Below, piece by piece: positions 39,151-51,000 of a stretch of DNA of 64,000 nt (position 1 is the stretch's first letter; every line of letters starts with the position of its first letter). The notes under the pieces were generated by a model. It was not told the DNA's origin and did no database searches. It worked only from the letters and a program-made list of their open reading frames with translations. Made by a program: the position numbers and the translations under genes. The DNA is from Callorhinchus milii (taxonomy: Eukaryota): the NCBI RefSeq assembly GCF_018977255.1, contig NW_024704742.1:3784001-3848000 (forward strand), given 5' to 3'.

Positions 39151-39234
39151 CAGAGCTAAAGCCACAGAGCTAAAACCACGGAGCTAAAGCCACAGAGCTA
39201 AAACCACGGAACTAAAGCCACAGAGCTAAAACCG
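39151..39234. repeat. Minisatellite, 6 x 14 nt with 28-nt higher-order period
   Basis: Alternating c(a/g)gagctaaagcca and cagagctaaaacca. Confidence 0.95.
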
Positions 39235-39255
39235 CTTTATTTTTTGTTTTGAAAA

Positions 39256-39416
<161 letters not shown>

Positions 39417-41240
39417 ATAAATGTAATACTTGGATAACAACAGAAGTCCAAACAAACACAAAGTACGACATCTTCCGTTACAATTTTTCCCCTTTCTCCC
39501 GATAGAAAAAAACCCATTCTGTTTGCTTACGGTACATTCCTTCACCGCACACAGGTTGTGCGCACGTTTTTTTTTTTTGGACGCTCCCTTTAAAGCAGCC
39601 GGGAGAGTCACCCCCCTCCGTGTCCGCCACATCCCGAGGGCAACGTGCCGACTGGCCCAGACCTCGACCGGGCACGAAAGCCCTGAGAGGGACTGGAAGC
39701 TCCTTTCGTCGCCAGCCAGGCCGTGTCCTGATGGCTGTTGGTCAGGGTTGGTTGACGTAGCTGGCTGTCGCTGCAGGGTACCCCCTGACACCGGATAGGT
39801 GGTGCTGCACGCTCCAACTGTGTGGAACGTTTCGGGGCAGTTCTGCCAGACCCACCCTTCTTAGCACCGGGTACAGGTAGAAACCCAGCTCGTACCGGGG
39901 CTCCAGGCACAGCCTCAGGCGGCTACACACAAAGGTGGGCATGAGGATCAGGGCTATGTTAGGGACCCCTTTTCACCCCCCCCCCCCCCACCACCCCCCA
40001 CCTTTCCGGGGTTTTGTGCATCGTGTCCCTGTGCGGACACGATCCATCTTGGACCCCCAGATCAGGTGGAAGACCTCTCCGGTGACTGCAGTGGCTTTGT
40101 TCCTGGGCAAAGGCCAGACCCGGGCCACGTACAGTAACACCGAGACGGCCTCACACTTTATCACCTGGTGCCACATCACCAGTTTCTTCCTCACTTTGCC
40201 TGGATGCCCCTCCCAGCATTTTTGGCACCCCCCCCCTCCCCACCCCACCCCGGCAGCCCCGAACCAGATGCCGAGGACTTTGATGTAGTTCTGGCTTCAC
40301 CGCAAATGGTACGTGACTGTGTCCTCTCCGGTCTCCAAAATACACCCCTGAGACTTGCTCAAACCGGTCAAAAATGCCCAGCAGGCTCGAGAGCGATTTC
40401 TGGTCTGTGCAAAAGATGGTGACATCTTTCATATACAGGGAAGGCCTTGGCTTGTGTGCCGTGGCTGCCCGAGATGGCGACATCTCTGATGTTCTCTGAG
40501 GGCCTTGTGCAAAGGGTTCAATGGAGCAGACAAACAGGGTGAGAGACTAAGACAGTCCTTACATCCTTACTCTCGACCTGATGGGGAATGGCTCAGTCTC
40601 GTACCCGTTGACTGTAACTGCGCTACAGATGTCTGTGTAGAGCAGTCGGATCCACTTGGGTGTTCCCTCCCCCGAAGCCCATTTTGGAGAGTGCGTCATC
40701 CAGGTAGCTGTGAGTTACCCTGTCAAAGGCTTTCTCTTGATCAAGGCTTATCTGGCAGGCCTTCAACCCCCTGTCCTGTACGGAGGAGATGGTATCCATG
40801 AGCAGCGCAAGGCTATCCGAGATCCTTCCCCGGAACTGTGCGGGTCTGGTCTGGGAGCATTACCCGCCCAGAGATCACCTTTGCCAGGATCTTATAGTCC
40901 ACATTCAGGAGCGAGATCAGTCGCCAATTCTTTATCTCCTCCTTCTCCCCCTCTTGTTTGAACAGTGGGGAGAAGCTGCCTTTCCTCATAGACTCTGCCA
41001 TGGTCCCTGTTGTTGTTGTCGGCCTTCAGCAGGTCTGGGCCCATCACGTCCCACGGAGCCGAGCAGAGCTCCACCAGGAGGCCATCACCTCCGGGGTCTT
41101 ACCGGTCTGGAGGGCTTTGACAGCCCTGGTCGGCTCGTCAAGGAAGAGAGAGGGCTGTCGAAGTGCTCCCGGCTCTCCTCATCCAGCACCTGGATCCCGG
41201 GAAGCCGTGCTATCCTTGGGTTTTTCACAGTACAGGATAA

Positions 41241-41577
41241 AACAACAACAACAACAGGATTACATGTGTAAAGCGCCTTTCATGTCGGGAGGAGGTCCCA
41301 AGGCACTGGACAGTGTACAGCATTTCAGACCCGAGCTGGGGTCAGGGGGGAGAAGGGAGGGGAAGGTGGGTGGCCGATGGCATGGTCGAAGAGTAGGGTC
41401 TTGACGCGGGACTTGAAGGAAGCTAAGGAGGGGGTGAGGCGGAGTGACTGGGGGATGGAATTCCAGAGGTTGTGGGCAGAGTGGCTGAAGCCTCTCCCAG
41501 CAATGGTGGGGCGGGTGGGTCGGGGGACGTGGAGCAGGCCAGAGCCGGCTGAGCGGAGGGAGCGGGCGGGTTGGTAG
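41241..41577 (-). mobile_element. L2 LINE 3' fragment inserted in the Tx1 element
   Basis: RSLRSAGSGLLHVPR..GRGFSHSAHNLWNSIP..ASFKSRVKTLLF followed by the 3' stem-loop and (TTG)n tail. Confidence 0.88.
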
Positions 41578-42146
41578 GCTCTGGTGTTCCTCTGCACACC
41601 GGCCTGCTCTGCGTGCACCAAACACGTTTCGTCCCTCAGCCCAGCGATAACACAGCCGGGTCTGTTTGCTTTCTGAAAGAAGAAACGTGAGCAGATCTCG
41701 GCCTGTTCTATCGTGCGCACCCTGGATCGGAAGATGACCCTGGAGGCCTCGGCGGCAAAGTGCGCAGTTCGCTGACCCTTCGTCTCCTCGAGTTCCTTTC
41801 TGACATCGTTTCCATCAGCCTGCCGTCGCTGGAGGTTCTGCAGTTTGGTCTGTAGCCGGAACGTGACCTTCTTTCTGTTCTTGGCTACACTCACCCTCTT
41901 GCAGATGAAGAGCTAAAACCACTGTGCTGAGAGCACTACCTGGCAAGTTCCCACTGTTTGTCCAGCTGGGGCCATTGCAGCCGTGTCATGCTGAGTTAAC
42001 AGGAACCAAGAGGGGAAGAATCTCTCTCCCTAAGTAACTGGTCTGCCCCGCAAACTCCCGCTAATGTGCCAAGCTGGGTGGTCTGTGCAAATTGTTGGCC
42101 AGGACACCAGGAGAAACTCCCTTCTCTTTTCGAATAGTACCATTGT

Positions 42147-42484
42147 GGAGTCCTGTAGCTCAGTGGTTAGAGCACTCGCTTTGCAAGCGAGAGACCTGAG
42201 TTCAATTCCAGGCAGACGGCGAAACCTTGGGCAAGTTTCCTTACTCCACACAGAGCCTAATAATAATCCCTCCAAAAAACCTAAAACAATAATAAATTGG
42301 TCATTTTCAATCTACGACTGTTTGTGGGACATTGCTGTGCGCAATTGGCTGCCGCGTTCGCCCACAAATATACAGTCAATTCACTTTACAGTATATTCTG
42401 TGAAGCGCTTTGGGACGTCCTCCCGACGTGAAAAGCGCTATATCAAATGCAAGGATTATTATTATTATTATTATTATTATTATT
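42147..42484 (+). mobile_element. Young tRNA-derived SINE nested in an older DeuSINE-like copy
   Basis: Full-length copy; the flanks (42090-42143 and 42485-42635) rejoin as the reverse complement of the older family (cgaatagtaccat / ggatcttt). Confidence 0.92.
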
Positions 42485-43547
42485 GGATCTTTGACTTCAA
42501 CCTGAACTGGCAGATGGGACCTTGATTTAATATCTCATCCAAAACACAGCATCCGCCCAACAGCACTGCATTGGAATGTCAGCCTTGACTACGTGAGTGG
42601 GGGTTAAGCACACAACCTTCTGACTTAAGAGGTGGGCAATTTTCCAGTTTTTACAGTGCTCTGTATTAGAAACAAGTCCTGAAAAAAAACAATAAGTACC
42701 AGATGTCAAGTGACTCACTATGAACCTCCAGCACAATCTATTTTCTTAACCGCCTTTTTCAGCATTTCACAATCTGTTGACAACCCATTAGTTGTCCCTG
42801 TGCCGGCTGATCACGGCTCCAAATATCTAAATTCTCTAGATCTGTCATTTCGCCCACTAAACGCACTGATTTCCTGCAACCTTGAATTGGAAACCGAAGC
42901 AATAGATTCCGTAAGAATGAGTTTCAAATGCAAACGTGTCTCCTGAAGAGCAAAAATAATTCCTGGGGTTTTGGTCATTCGCATTTCGAAAAGTGTTTTG
43001 AATGTTTATCATTGATCTACGTCTGCTCGGCGGGTTTTCTGTCTGGACTGCCCAGAACAATCTACCTGCGTTACCCTTTCTATGTGGCTTCACTCCAATG
43101 ATTTTCACGGATGAAAGCAACGGTAACAGATCCTAAAAGCACTAGGACCTAGGAGCAGTCTGTTGCGCTCAGCAGAGTTTTGTGGGGAGCATTACATTCC
43201 TAGTCATGCTAAGTTCCTGACAATACTGCTCGTTTGGTCTCCGTGGACAAATCTTTAACCTTTTTTTTTTTTGCAAAGCAGAGAACTTACAGGATCAAGC
43301 TCCGAGAGAATTCAAAAGGTTTGAATTGTTTTTTTTTCTTTAAATGAAAAGTTGCAGTGTTTTAGGTGTCGGGAACCAAGAAAATGATGTAAATCAACGA
43401 TAAAGAATGAAATGACACAGATATAGAGAGACACACACTCACAGACAGAGAGAGATACACACACACACACGCACGCACACCCACAGAACAAAAGTAAAAC
43501 AGATTAGATATATTTCAAATATGTACTTATTGTATTATTACAATGCC

Positions 43548-43770
43548 TTCAGCTCCCCTCTCGACTCTCTTCCTCCTCCTCGCTCCCTCCCTTCCCTCCC
43601 CTCACCCTGACCATTTCCCCCCTCCTCTCTCCCTCCCTTCCCTCCCCTCACCCTGACCATTTCCCCCCTGCTCGGGTCATGACCCAACTGTGCAGCGCCT
43701 TGGGACGTCCTCCTGACGTGAAAGGCGCTCTATAAATGGAATCTTGTTGTTGTTGTTGTTGTTATTATTA
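43548..43770 (+). mobile_element. L2 3' UTR with an internal ~46-nt tandem duplication
   Basis: Matches the 3' end of the 29455 copy; duplicated unit at ~43575-43620 and 43621-43666. Confidence 0.85.
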
Positions 43771-43775
43771 TTTGT

Positions 43776-44097
43776 GGAGTCCTGTAGCTCAGTGGTTAGA
43801 GCACTCGCTTTGCGAGCGAGAGACCTGAGTTCAATTCCAGGCAGAGGGCGAAACCTTGGGCAAGTTTCCTTACTCCACACAGAGCCTAATAATAATCCTC
43901 CAAAACCAAAAACAATAATAAATTGGTCATTTTCAATCTACGACTGTTTGTGGGACATTGCTGTGGGCAATTGGCTGCCGCGTTCGCCCACAAATATACA
44001 GTCAATTCACTTTACAGTGTGTTCTGTGAAGCGCTTTGGGACGTCCTCCCGACGTGAAAAGCGCTATATCAAATGCAAGGATTATTATTATTATTAT
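43776..44097 (+). mobile_element. Young tRNA-derived SINE
   Basis: Full-length copy directly after the (TTG)n tail of an L2 3' end. Confidence 0.94.
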
Positions 44098-44908
44098 AAC
44101 TGTAATAAAAAGCTAAAAAAATGTATTAGATATGGAAAAATAGCAGGCGGGAATCAGGATTACAATAGATCCTCAGAGTACATCAGAGATGAGTGGCATA
44201 ATTGGCCCCGTTCTGTGCTGTAAACGTTCCATAATTTTATAACTGGGTTTGTGTTTTATCCTCATATGGAACTTCTTCCAGATGTTTGATTGATTAACTA
44301 CGTGTTATCCTTCGCTTCTGGTTAGATTATCCAGAGCGCAGCAGTGGTTCAAGACCTCCTGAATTTCAACATCACACCGAAGATTAAAAACTAAAAGGTA
44401 GAAACCCAATTTGTTATTTTTATCTTCGCTGAAAGATAACGTGAACTTATCTGCAATATTTCTTGTCAATTTTAAGTAAGAAAAGTAAGAAATGTGTGGC
44501 TATTGAACTTCTATAATAATAATAATCCTTGCATTTGATATAGCACTTTTCATGTCTTCGAGACATCTCAAAGCGCTTCACAGAATAGACTGTAAAGTGA
44601 ATCGACTGTATACTTTGCGGGCGAATCGTGGCAGCCAATTGCGCAGAGCAGCGTCCCCACAAACAGTCGTGGGTTGAAGTGACCAATTTTTCATTGTTGT
44701 TTTTTTTGAAGGATTATTATCAGGCGTTATAACATGCTTTCGAACGTGCTATGAAATGATTGAACGGCTTTTCTCCCTGTGTCCTTGCCACCTGGAACCT
44801 TCGTTTTGTTTTCGGTCAAACTTCTGCAACCCGAATGATTGAACTGACGGTGAAGGATGTGTTGTGCTGTGTCTCACACCTTGCTTTCTGTGTCGGGCAG
44901 GTTCAAGT

Positions 44909-45041
44909 ATGCCACACTACAGGTTAACCTATTTCCAGTTGCGAGGAAGGGCCGAAACCGCTCGCTATATTTTTGCTTATCATGGGATAAAGTATGAAGA
45001 CAATAGGATAGAATGGTCGGATTGGCCCAACATAAAGCCAA
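44909..45041 (+). CDS. hpgds: hpgds coding exon 1
   Basis: MPHYRLTYFQLRGRAETARYIFAYHGIKYEDNRIEWSDWPNIKP; acceptor ggcag| at 44900 implies an upstream UTR exon; donor a|gtaagt. Confidence 0.96.
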
Positions 45042-48000
45042 GTAAGTAGCGCAGAGTGAAAAGGGCAACCACAACAACTTGCGTTTATGTACCCGCCCCT
45101 CAAGGAGGGTAGCGTCCCAGAGCACTCAACGCCGAGCCGGGGGGGGGGGTGGGGAGATGACCGTAAGCACAGGCGAACAGGAAGGTCTTCAGGCGCGAAG
45201 GACAGATAATTAAGGCGCATGAAACCTGACATCACCCAAGGTTGAAAGAATAGCAGAGTTACGAGAGAAATCAAAGTGGCTGCATAAACAACCCCACCCC
45301 CCACCCCCCACCACCAACAACAACCCCCCACGATTAGCTTAACGCCCCACACATAGCTTTCAAAGCCTGGGGAGACAAGTACCTTTAGGTCCTGGGAAAC
45401 AATGAGTTAAAGTGGCAGCATGATATCTGCCAAAGTCGGAAGTGTAGCATAAACTCAGTGGTGAGCTCCGCTTGAATTGAATCAGTCAACAGATCTCGTT
45501 CTGCAGCAGCCAATTCCAAACAATTTTTAAGTACAAAAACAATTCTGTTCAAAAGTTCTTGGTTGGTCACAGGACCACCTTAGGCTGGTTAATACTGGCC
45601 GGTATTCCAGTCACACTGACAGCTCTTCAGCCGCATTGAAAAAAATAACCGGCTTTGTCTCCGGTTGGCAGGGTATGGACTGGCCGAGCTCTGGGCTGGT
45701 AGCTTGCAGTAACTTGCAATTGGAAAGGATTTGAAGAGAGAGAGAAAACATTCAGTCTGACATGTGTGACAAATCCACATCATTGTTAAACAATTCTCTC
45801 TCTATTCAGATATGGAGAATTGATGATCTCCATTGGGTGAGATCTTACCTCATGTAACAATGGCTTATGAAGAGATTGAATTGAACTGACAGACTAATTT
45901 GGCCTTTTTGATTTGTGTTCCAGCTTTGACTTTCAGGCAAGTTCCGATCCTGGAGGTGGATGGAGTAGTTATCAACCAGAGCGCAGCTATTGCGAGATAC
46001 CTAGCGAGAGAAACAGGTAAAATACATCAAACAATTTGTTATTTGTTGGGTCCTCAACTTGCCCAAAAGCCAAAATTGTATCATGGTCTCAGCCTTAAAC
46101 CGATGTCTCAAAATTTAAGACTGTGCAAGATTTTGCATAATACTTAATTAAGGCAACGCTGGAAGAAGGATAGGCACAGGCACAATACGCTGAATGACCC
46201 CCATTGGTGCGGAAACGTTCTACGGTTCCAATATTAACTACTTTGGCAAGGAGTTACTGGAAGGACTCGTGGAACTACGACAATACAATGCAAAGTGGGA
46301 GGTAGAACACGATGCATGAAAGAACAGTGGTTGGTATGTAGAACAGAGTATGTTCCAAATGGGGCAACACTAGGAGGAGAAGATAAGCAGAGAGATCTGG
46401 GGGATGGAATGCAAGTTCATAGATCATTAAACAACAACAACAAGATTACACTTGTATAGCGCCATTCATGTCGCGAGGACGTCCCAAGGCGCTGGACAGT
46501 GTGCAGCATTTCAGACCTGAGCTGGGGGTCAGGGGTGGAGAAGGGAGGGGAGGGGAAGTGGGGTGGCATTCAAATCTAGTTTACAGATGAAGTGAAATCA
46601 GTAAGTCAATTGGGAAGCGAGCATTCATTGTAAGAGGACTGGAATTTAGAGTGGGCTTGTCAGTACTTCATTTGGAGTAACGTGTTGAGTTTTAGACTCC
46701 TAATCTTAGGAAGGATACACTGGGCTTGGAAGGTATCCAAAGATGGTTCACTGAACCCTTATCATATTATTACGAAGGCTCAAAGCACTCACAAGTTTTT
46801 GTTGAAAAGTTGGGTAGACTGTAAGTTGTGGAGGTGGAATTATGGTGAAAGGCTTGTGCACTGTCCTTAAACAATCTTCCAAGATCTAATAAATTGGTGG
46901 AACAGGCTTGATGGGCAGAATTACATCCTCCTGGTCCCAATTCTCGGTGTTCCAAGATGCTGATAAATGTTTTTGGTAAGCGTTTGGCCAGCTTGATGTG
47001 AAATTACAAGAGACCGATGCCAATCGATAAAAAAATAAATCTTTTCCTTGTAAAACTTAATATTTGCACTTACTAACATTTGTAGTCTTTGTAATAGTAA
47101 TTACACTAACATTGCACTAACAAATTGCAAATTGCACTACTACTACACTCACATTGTTTTTACCAAAGTTAGTGTTAATCAAATTCGTGCAATCATTTGT
47201 AGATGCTGTCCATGCATTACCAAAATATTTTACCCACACATATATACAGTATATAAAACTGTATATCTATTTTGCAGTAAGATTGATATACTGTTTCTTC
47301 ACTGATAGGCTTAGCGGGGAATACCAATTTGGAGCAAGCTCAAGTGGATGCCATTGCGGACACAATTAATGATTTCATGAATCTTTTCCCCTGGACAGAG
47401 AAGGACCAAACTTTGAAAGTAGGTTTGACGTTTAAATTCGTCATCTCGCACGACTGCTGTTGAGACAAAAGTGGCCAAAGTAACATTCACAATTATTTAC
47501 CTGTTAGAGGAGCAAAATGCTATCAAACAAAATCTCAGAGTAATAGATAAAGGTGCTTTAGTTCATTATGCCTTTAACCTTCCGTTGTGTCCTTACCCGA
47601 CCATTAGGCCCATCCTAACGTTATCTCATTATAAATACGCTTCACTAAGATGCTTTGTAAACTGAACGAATCATCACATTTTAAAGTAAATTTCCTCATG
47701 GAACGGGTTAAACGGACCCGTTGTATTCTACACTTGTACCCTTGTATTCTATTTACACCGTAGTTTTTATTTACCTTTATTGCTGCAAAAAGTTTGGGTT
47801 TAAATGTTTGCAGAGCTTAGTGAAAGGGTGTAGGAAGCTTTTGATATCACAAGTGGTGAAGGTGGAATAGCCAGCTGATACACGCTGTCAAGGCACGCAT
47901 GTAAAAATTGGCCACTGGTTCCAGAGTCAGGAACAAATCGCCTATAAAAGCATTCCCATTAACAGTTTATTGAGACGCAATCCACTCATGTTGCACACTG

Positions 48001-51000
48001 CTTGGTTGTCAGGAGTAAACAGTAAAGGAAATGCTATTTATATTGATCAATTCCGGAAAGGATGTGTTTTCAATAGGAACTCAACAATGATTTCCTCCCT
48101 TACAGCAAAAGATGATCGAAGACGTCTTCATCAACAACAGCAACTTGTACCTGGATGGGATAGAGAATTTATTGGGAGACAAAATGTGGTTCGTTGGCGA
48201 TTCGGTAGGTTGAGATTCATTTGATTTTAATTATGGGAATATTTTTCTTTTAAACGCAGGTAAGATGACTGAAAAATGTTGGTACACTAATCTTCTCATG
48301 TTAAATTTTGGCTGAAAAAGCACTCCATTCCCCAGGAATTCTAGTTGGGAAAAGCACCTTGGGTTTTCTTCCAGCAAAAGGTCTGATCCAAACACTAAAA
48401 ACCTCCAATTAACGAACAGTCAGTGGATTTGTTTTTAACATAAAATACTTAAACGTTTAAAATGACAAGCAAATAAATCACTCCATAATTTACCGGACCA
48501 TTTGCCAACTTACACAATATGAACCATGAAAGCATTGCTACATTTGTCTGTCAGATGTCATGTCAGCATATCTTTTAAAATGCAGTGCTTTGTACATTTA
48601 TTCTGGAGAGAAATTACTATTACTTGTTCAGCAAATCACTCACCTGTCTACCAGTACTATTGACAGGAGGAGCGCATCAATTTTTATGTTATATAACTCG
48701 TCTAATTCCACCGGTATAATCATACAGTAATACTGTCTACATTTTGCATTTGAGTTTAACTTTTAACTACTCGTTACCCAAATTTTAAATCATTATTCTT
48801 TCTCCAATCTGATCACCAATACAAGACAACTGTGTTATTATGTCTCTCCCCGAGGCTGTGATATAAATGAAGGGTGTAAAAATGGCTGACCTTTGGGTAG
48901 ACATGTCACTGCTGACATCGCTTCCTTCATGAACTCATAGTCTTGACATCTCTGATCTCACCACCAACAACAACAAAATTACGTTTGTAAAGCGCCTTTT
49001 ACGTCTGGAGGACGTCCCAAGAGTTACGGACCCGAGCTGGGGGTCGGGGTGTGGGAGGGTAGAGCGCAGGTGGGGGGAAGCAGGGAGGTCGAAAGCACGG
49101 TTGAAAAGGAGGGTCTTGAGGTGGGTCTTGAAGGTGACGAGGGAGGGGGTGAGACGGAGGGTCTGCGGGATGGAGTATCAAAGGGTGGATGCAGAATGTG
49201 GAAGGTCCGCCCACCGATAGTGGGGCGAGCGAGGGTGGGTACGTGAAGCAGGCCGGAGCCCACTGATCGGAGGGAGCGAACAGGGTGGTAGGGGGTTAGG
49301 AGGTCGGAGAGGTAGGGGGGAACAAGACCGCGGAGGGCTTTGAAGGTGAGGACCAGGATCTTGAACTGGATCCTCTGTGTGATGGATAACCATCACAGAC
49401 AAGGTCATTTTAGACCACTTCCTCATCTCCCTCCTACCCGTCGACAAAGCTTCTGCCCTCAACGATCACCTCTTCTCAACTTTCAATTCTCATGTACCCC
49501 TGAAAACCAGGTCCGTCTCCAAACCTACCCGCTACCCCTGGTACAACAGTCACCTCTGCTCCCTCAAATCCCCAAAGCAACTGCTCGAGTGCAGACGGCA
49601 CATGGTTCACCGTCAACTGTGGCTCAAGCATTTTCATTGCCAACCAACTTCGTTCACACCTCTCCCTCCACTCCCTACTCGAACCCCTCCAGTCTTTTTT
49701 TTTCCCAGCCCACAGCACAGAGACGGGGCTCGTTAAAGTAATAAATGATTTCCTTTCTCTCTGTGACCAGGGCTCCCTCTGCCCCTTCATCCTCCTGGAC
49801 CTCTCCGCCATGTTCCACCATGCCATCCTCCTCCACTACCTCTCCTCCCTCATACACCTTAGTGGGACTGCACTCGCATGGTTCGAGTACTACTTTACAA
49901 ACTGCCAACAACACATCTCGGCAAGTGTTTTTTTCCTCCCACCCCGCCCGGTCACCTGCAGGATACCCCAAGGCATCATCCTTGGCCCACTTCCTTTCCT
50001 CAGCTACATGCTCCCACTCAGCGATCTCATCTGCGGACGTGGGGTTAACTTCCATGTGTATGCGGATGATACTGAAATCTACTTCAACTCCTCCAGCTGC
50101 GACTCCCAGTCTGCTGATGTCCTGTCAGCTTGTTTGACGGACATCGAGGCCTGGATGAGCGCAAATTTCCTGTCGACAAGACGGAAACCATACTCTTTGG
50201 CTCCCATCAATGTCTTCTCTCCTGCAGGTCTGACCTCAACTTCCCCGGACTCTCCCTCAGACTCTCCAAATCCGTGCACAACTTAGGTGTCAGGTTCGAT
50301 CCTCAGTTTCCCGTTTTACCCTACATCCGTTTTCTGACCAGAACCACCTTTTTCCAGCTCCGCCACATTGCCCGGTTCCGTCTGTCCCTCACAACAAATG
50401 AAGCCGAAACCCTTGTCCAAGCCTTCGTCACTTCGCGGCTGGACTATTCCAAAGCCCTCCTCGCTGGTCTCCCCAGCTCCACCATCGCAAGACACAAATA
50501 GCCCAAAACTCCACAGGCCGGATACTCACCCACAGCAAATTCTTGTTTCCCCCATCACACCGGTCCTTGCCGGGCTCCAATCCCTCCGCCTGGCCCCCTC
50601 CCTCCCTCCTCACCTTCAAATCCCGCCTTACGACCTTCCTTTTTGATCGTGCATACAGTCACATCACCCCCTCCCTCTCCCCTTGGCTCGTTGTCAGACT
50701 CTGCCACTGTCGAGCTCTCGGGACACTGCCTCGCGTTAAGGGCGCTGTGTAAATGCAAGTTGTTGTTTGTTTGTCGCTGTTGTTGCTGATGAAGTCCCAT
50801 CAGCGGCGCCTCAGGCAACGACACGCAGGAAATGACATTAACGGCAACCAGACAACAGGGAAGTTGGAAGCCAGTCAGGCTAGGTGTACTGCTCTTCTGG
50901 TTGACACGGCTCCACAGTTGACCTGCTGCCTACTCGACTTGCTCTGAATAAATTTGTGTGCCACTGGGCTAGGGCCCCACCGTTGAACTGTCCCATATTT

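Noticed and set aside
39151..39234. CRISPR-like periodic repeat
   Set aside because: Head-to-tail units with no spacers, eukaryotic context and no cas genes.
41325..41894. 189-aa ORF
   Set aside because: Chance in-frame fusion of a Tx1 ORF2 remnant with the inserted L2 3' end.
42064..42525. Recurrent 90-160-aa ORFs ([12 protein letters not shown]..., [12 protein letters not shown]...)
   Set aside because: These are translations of SINE copies, not genes.
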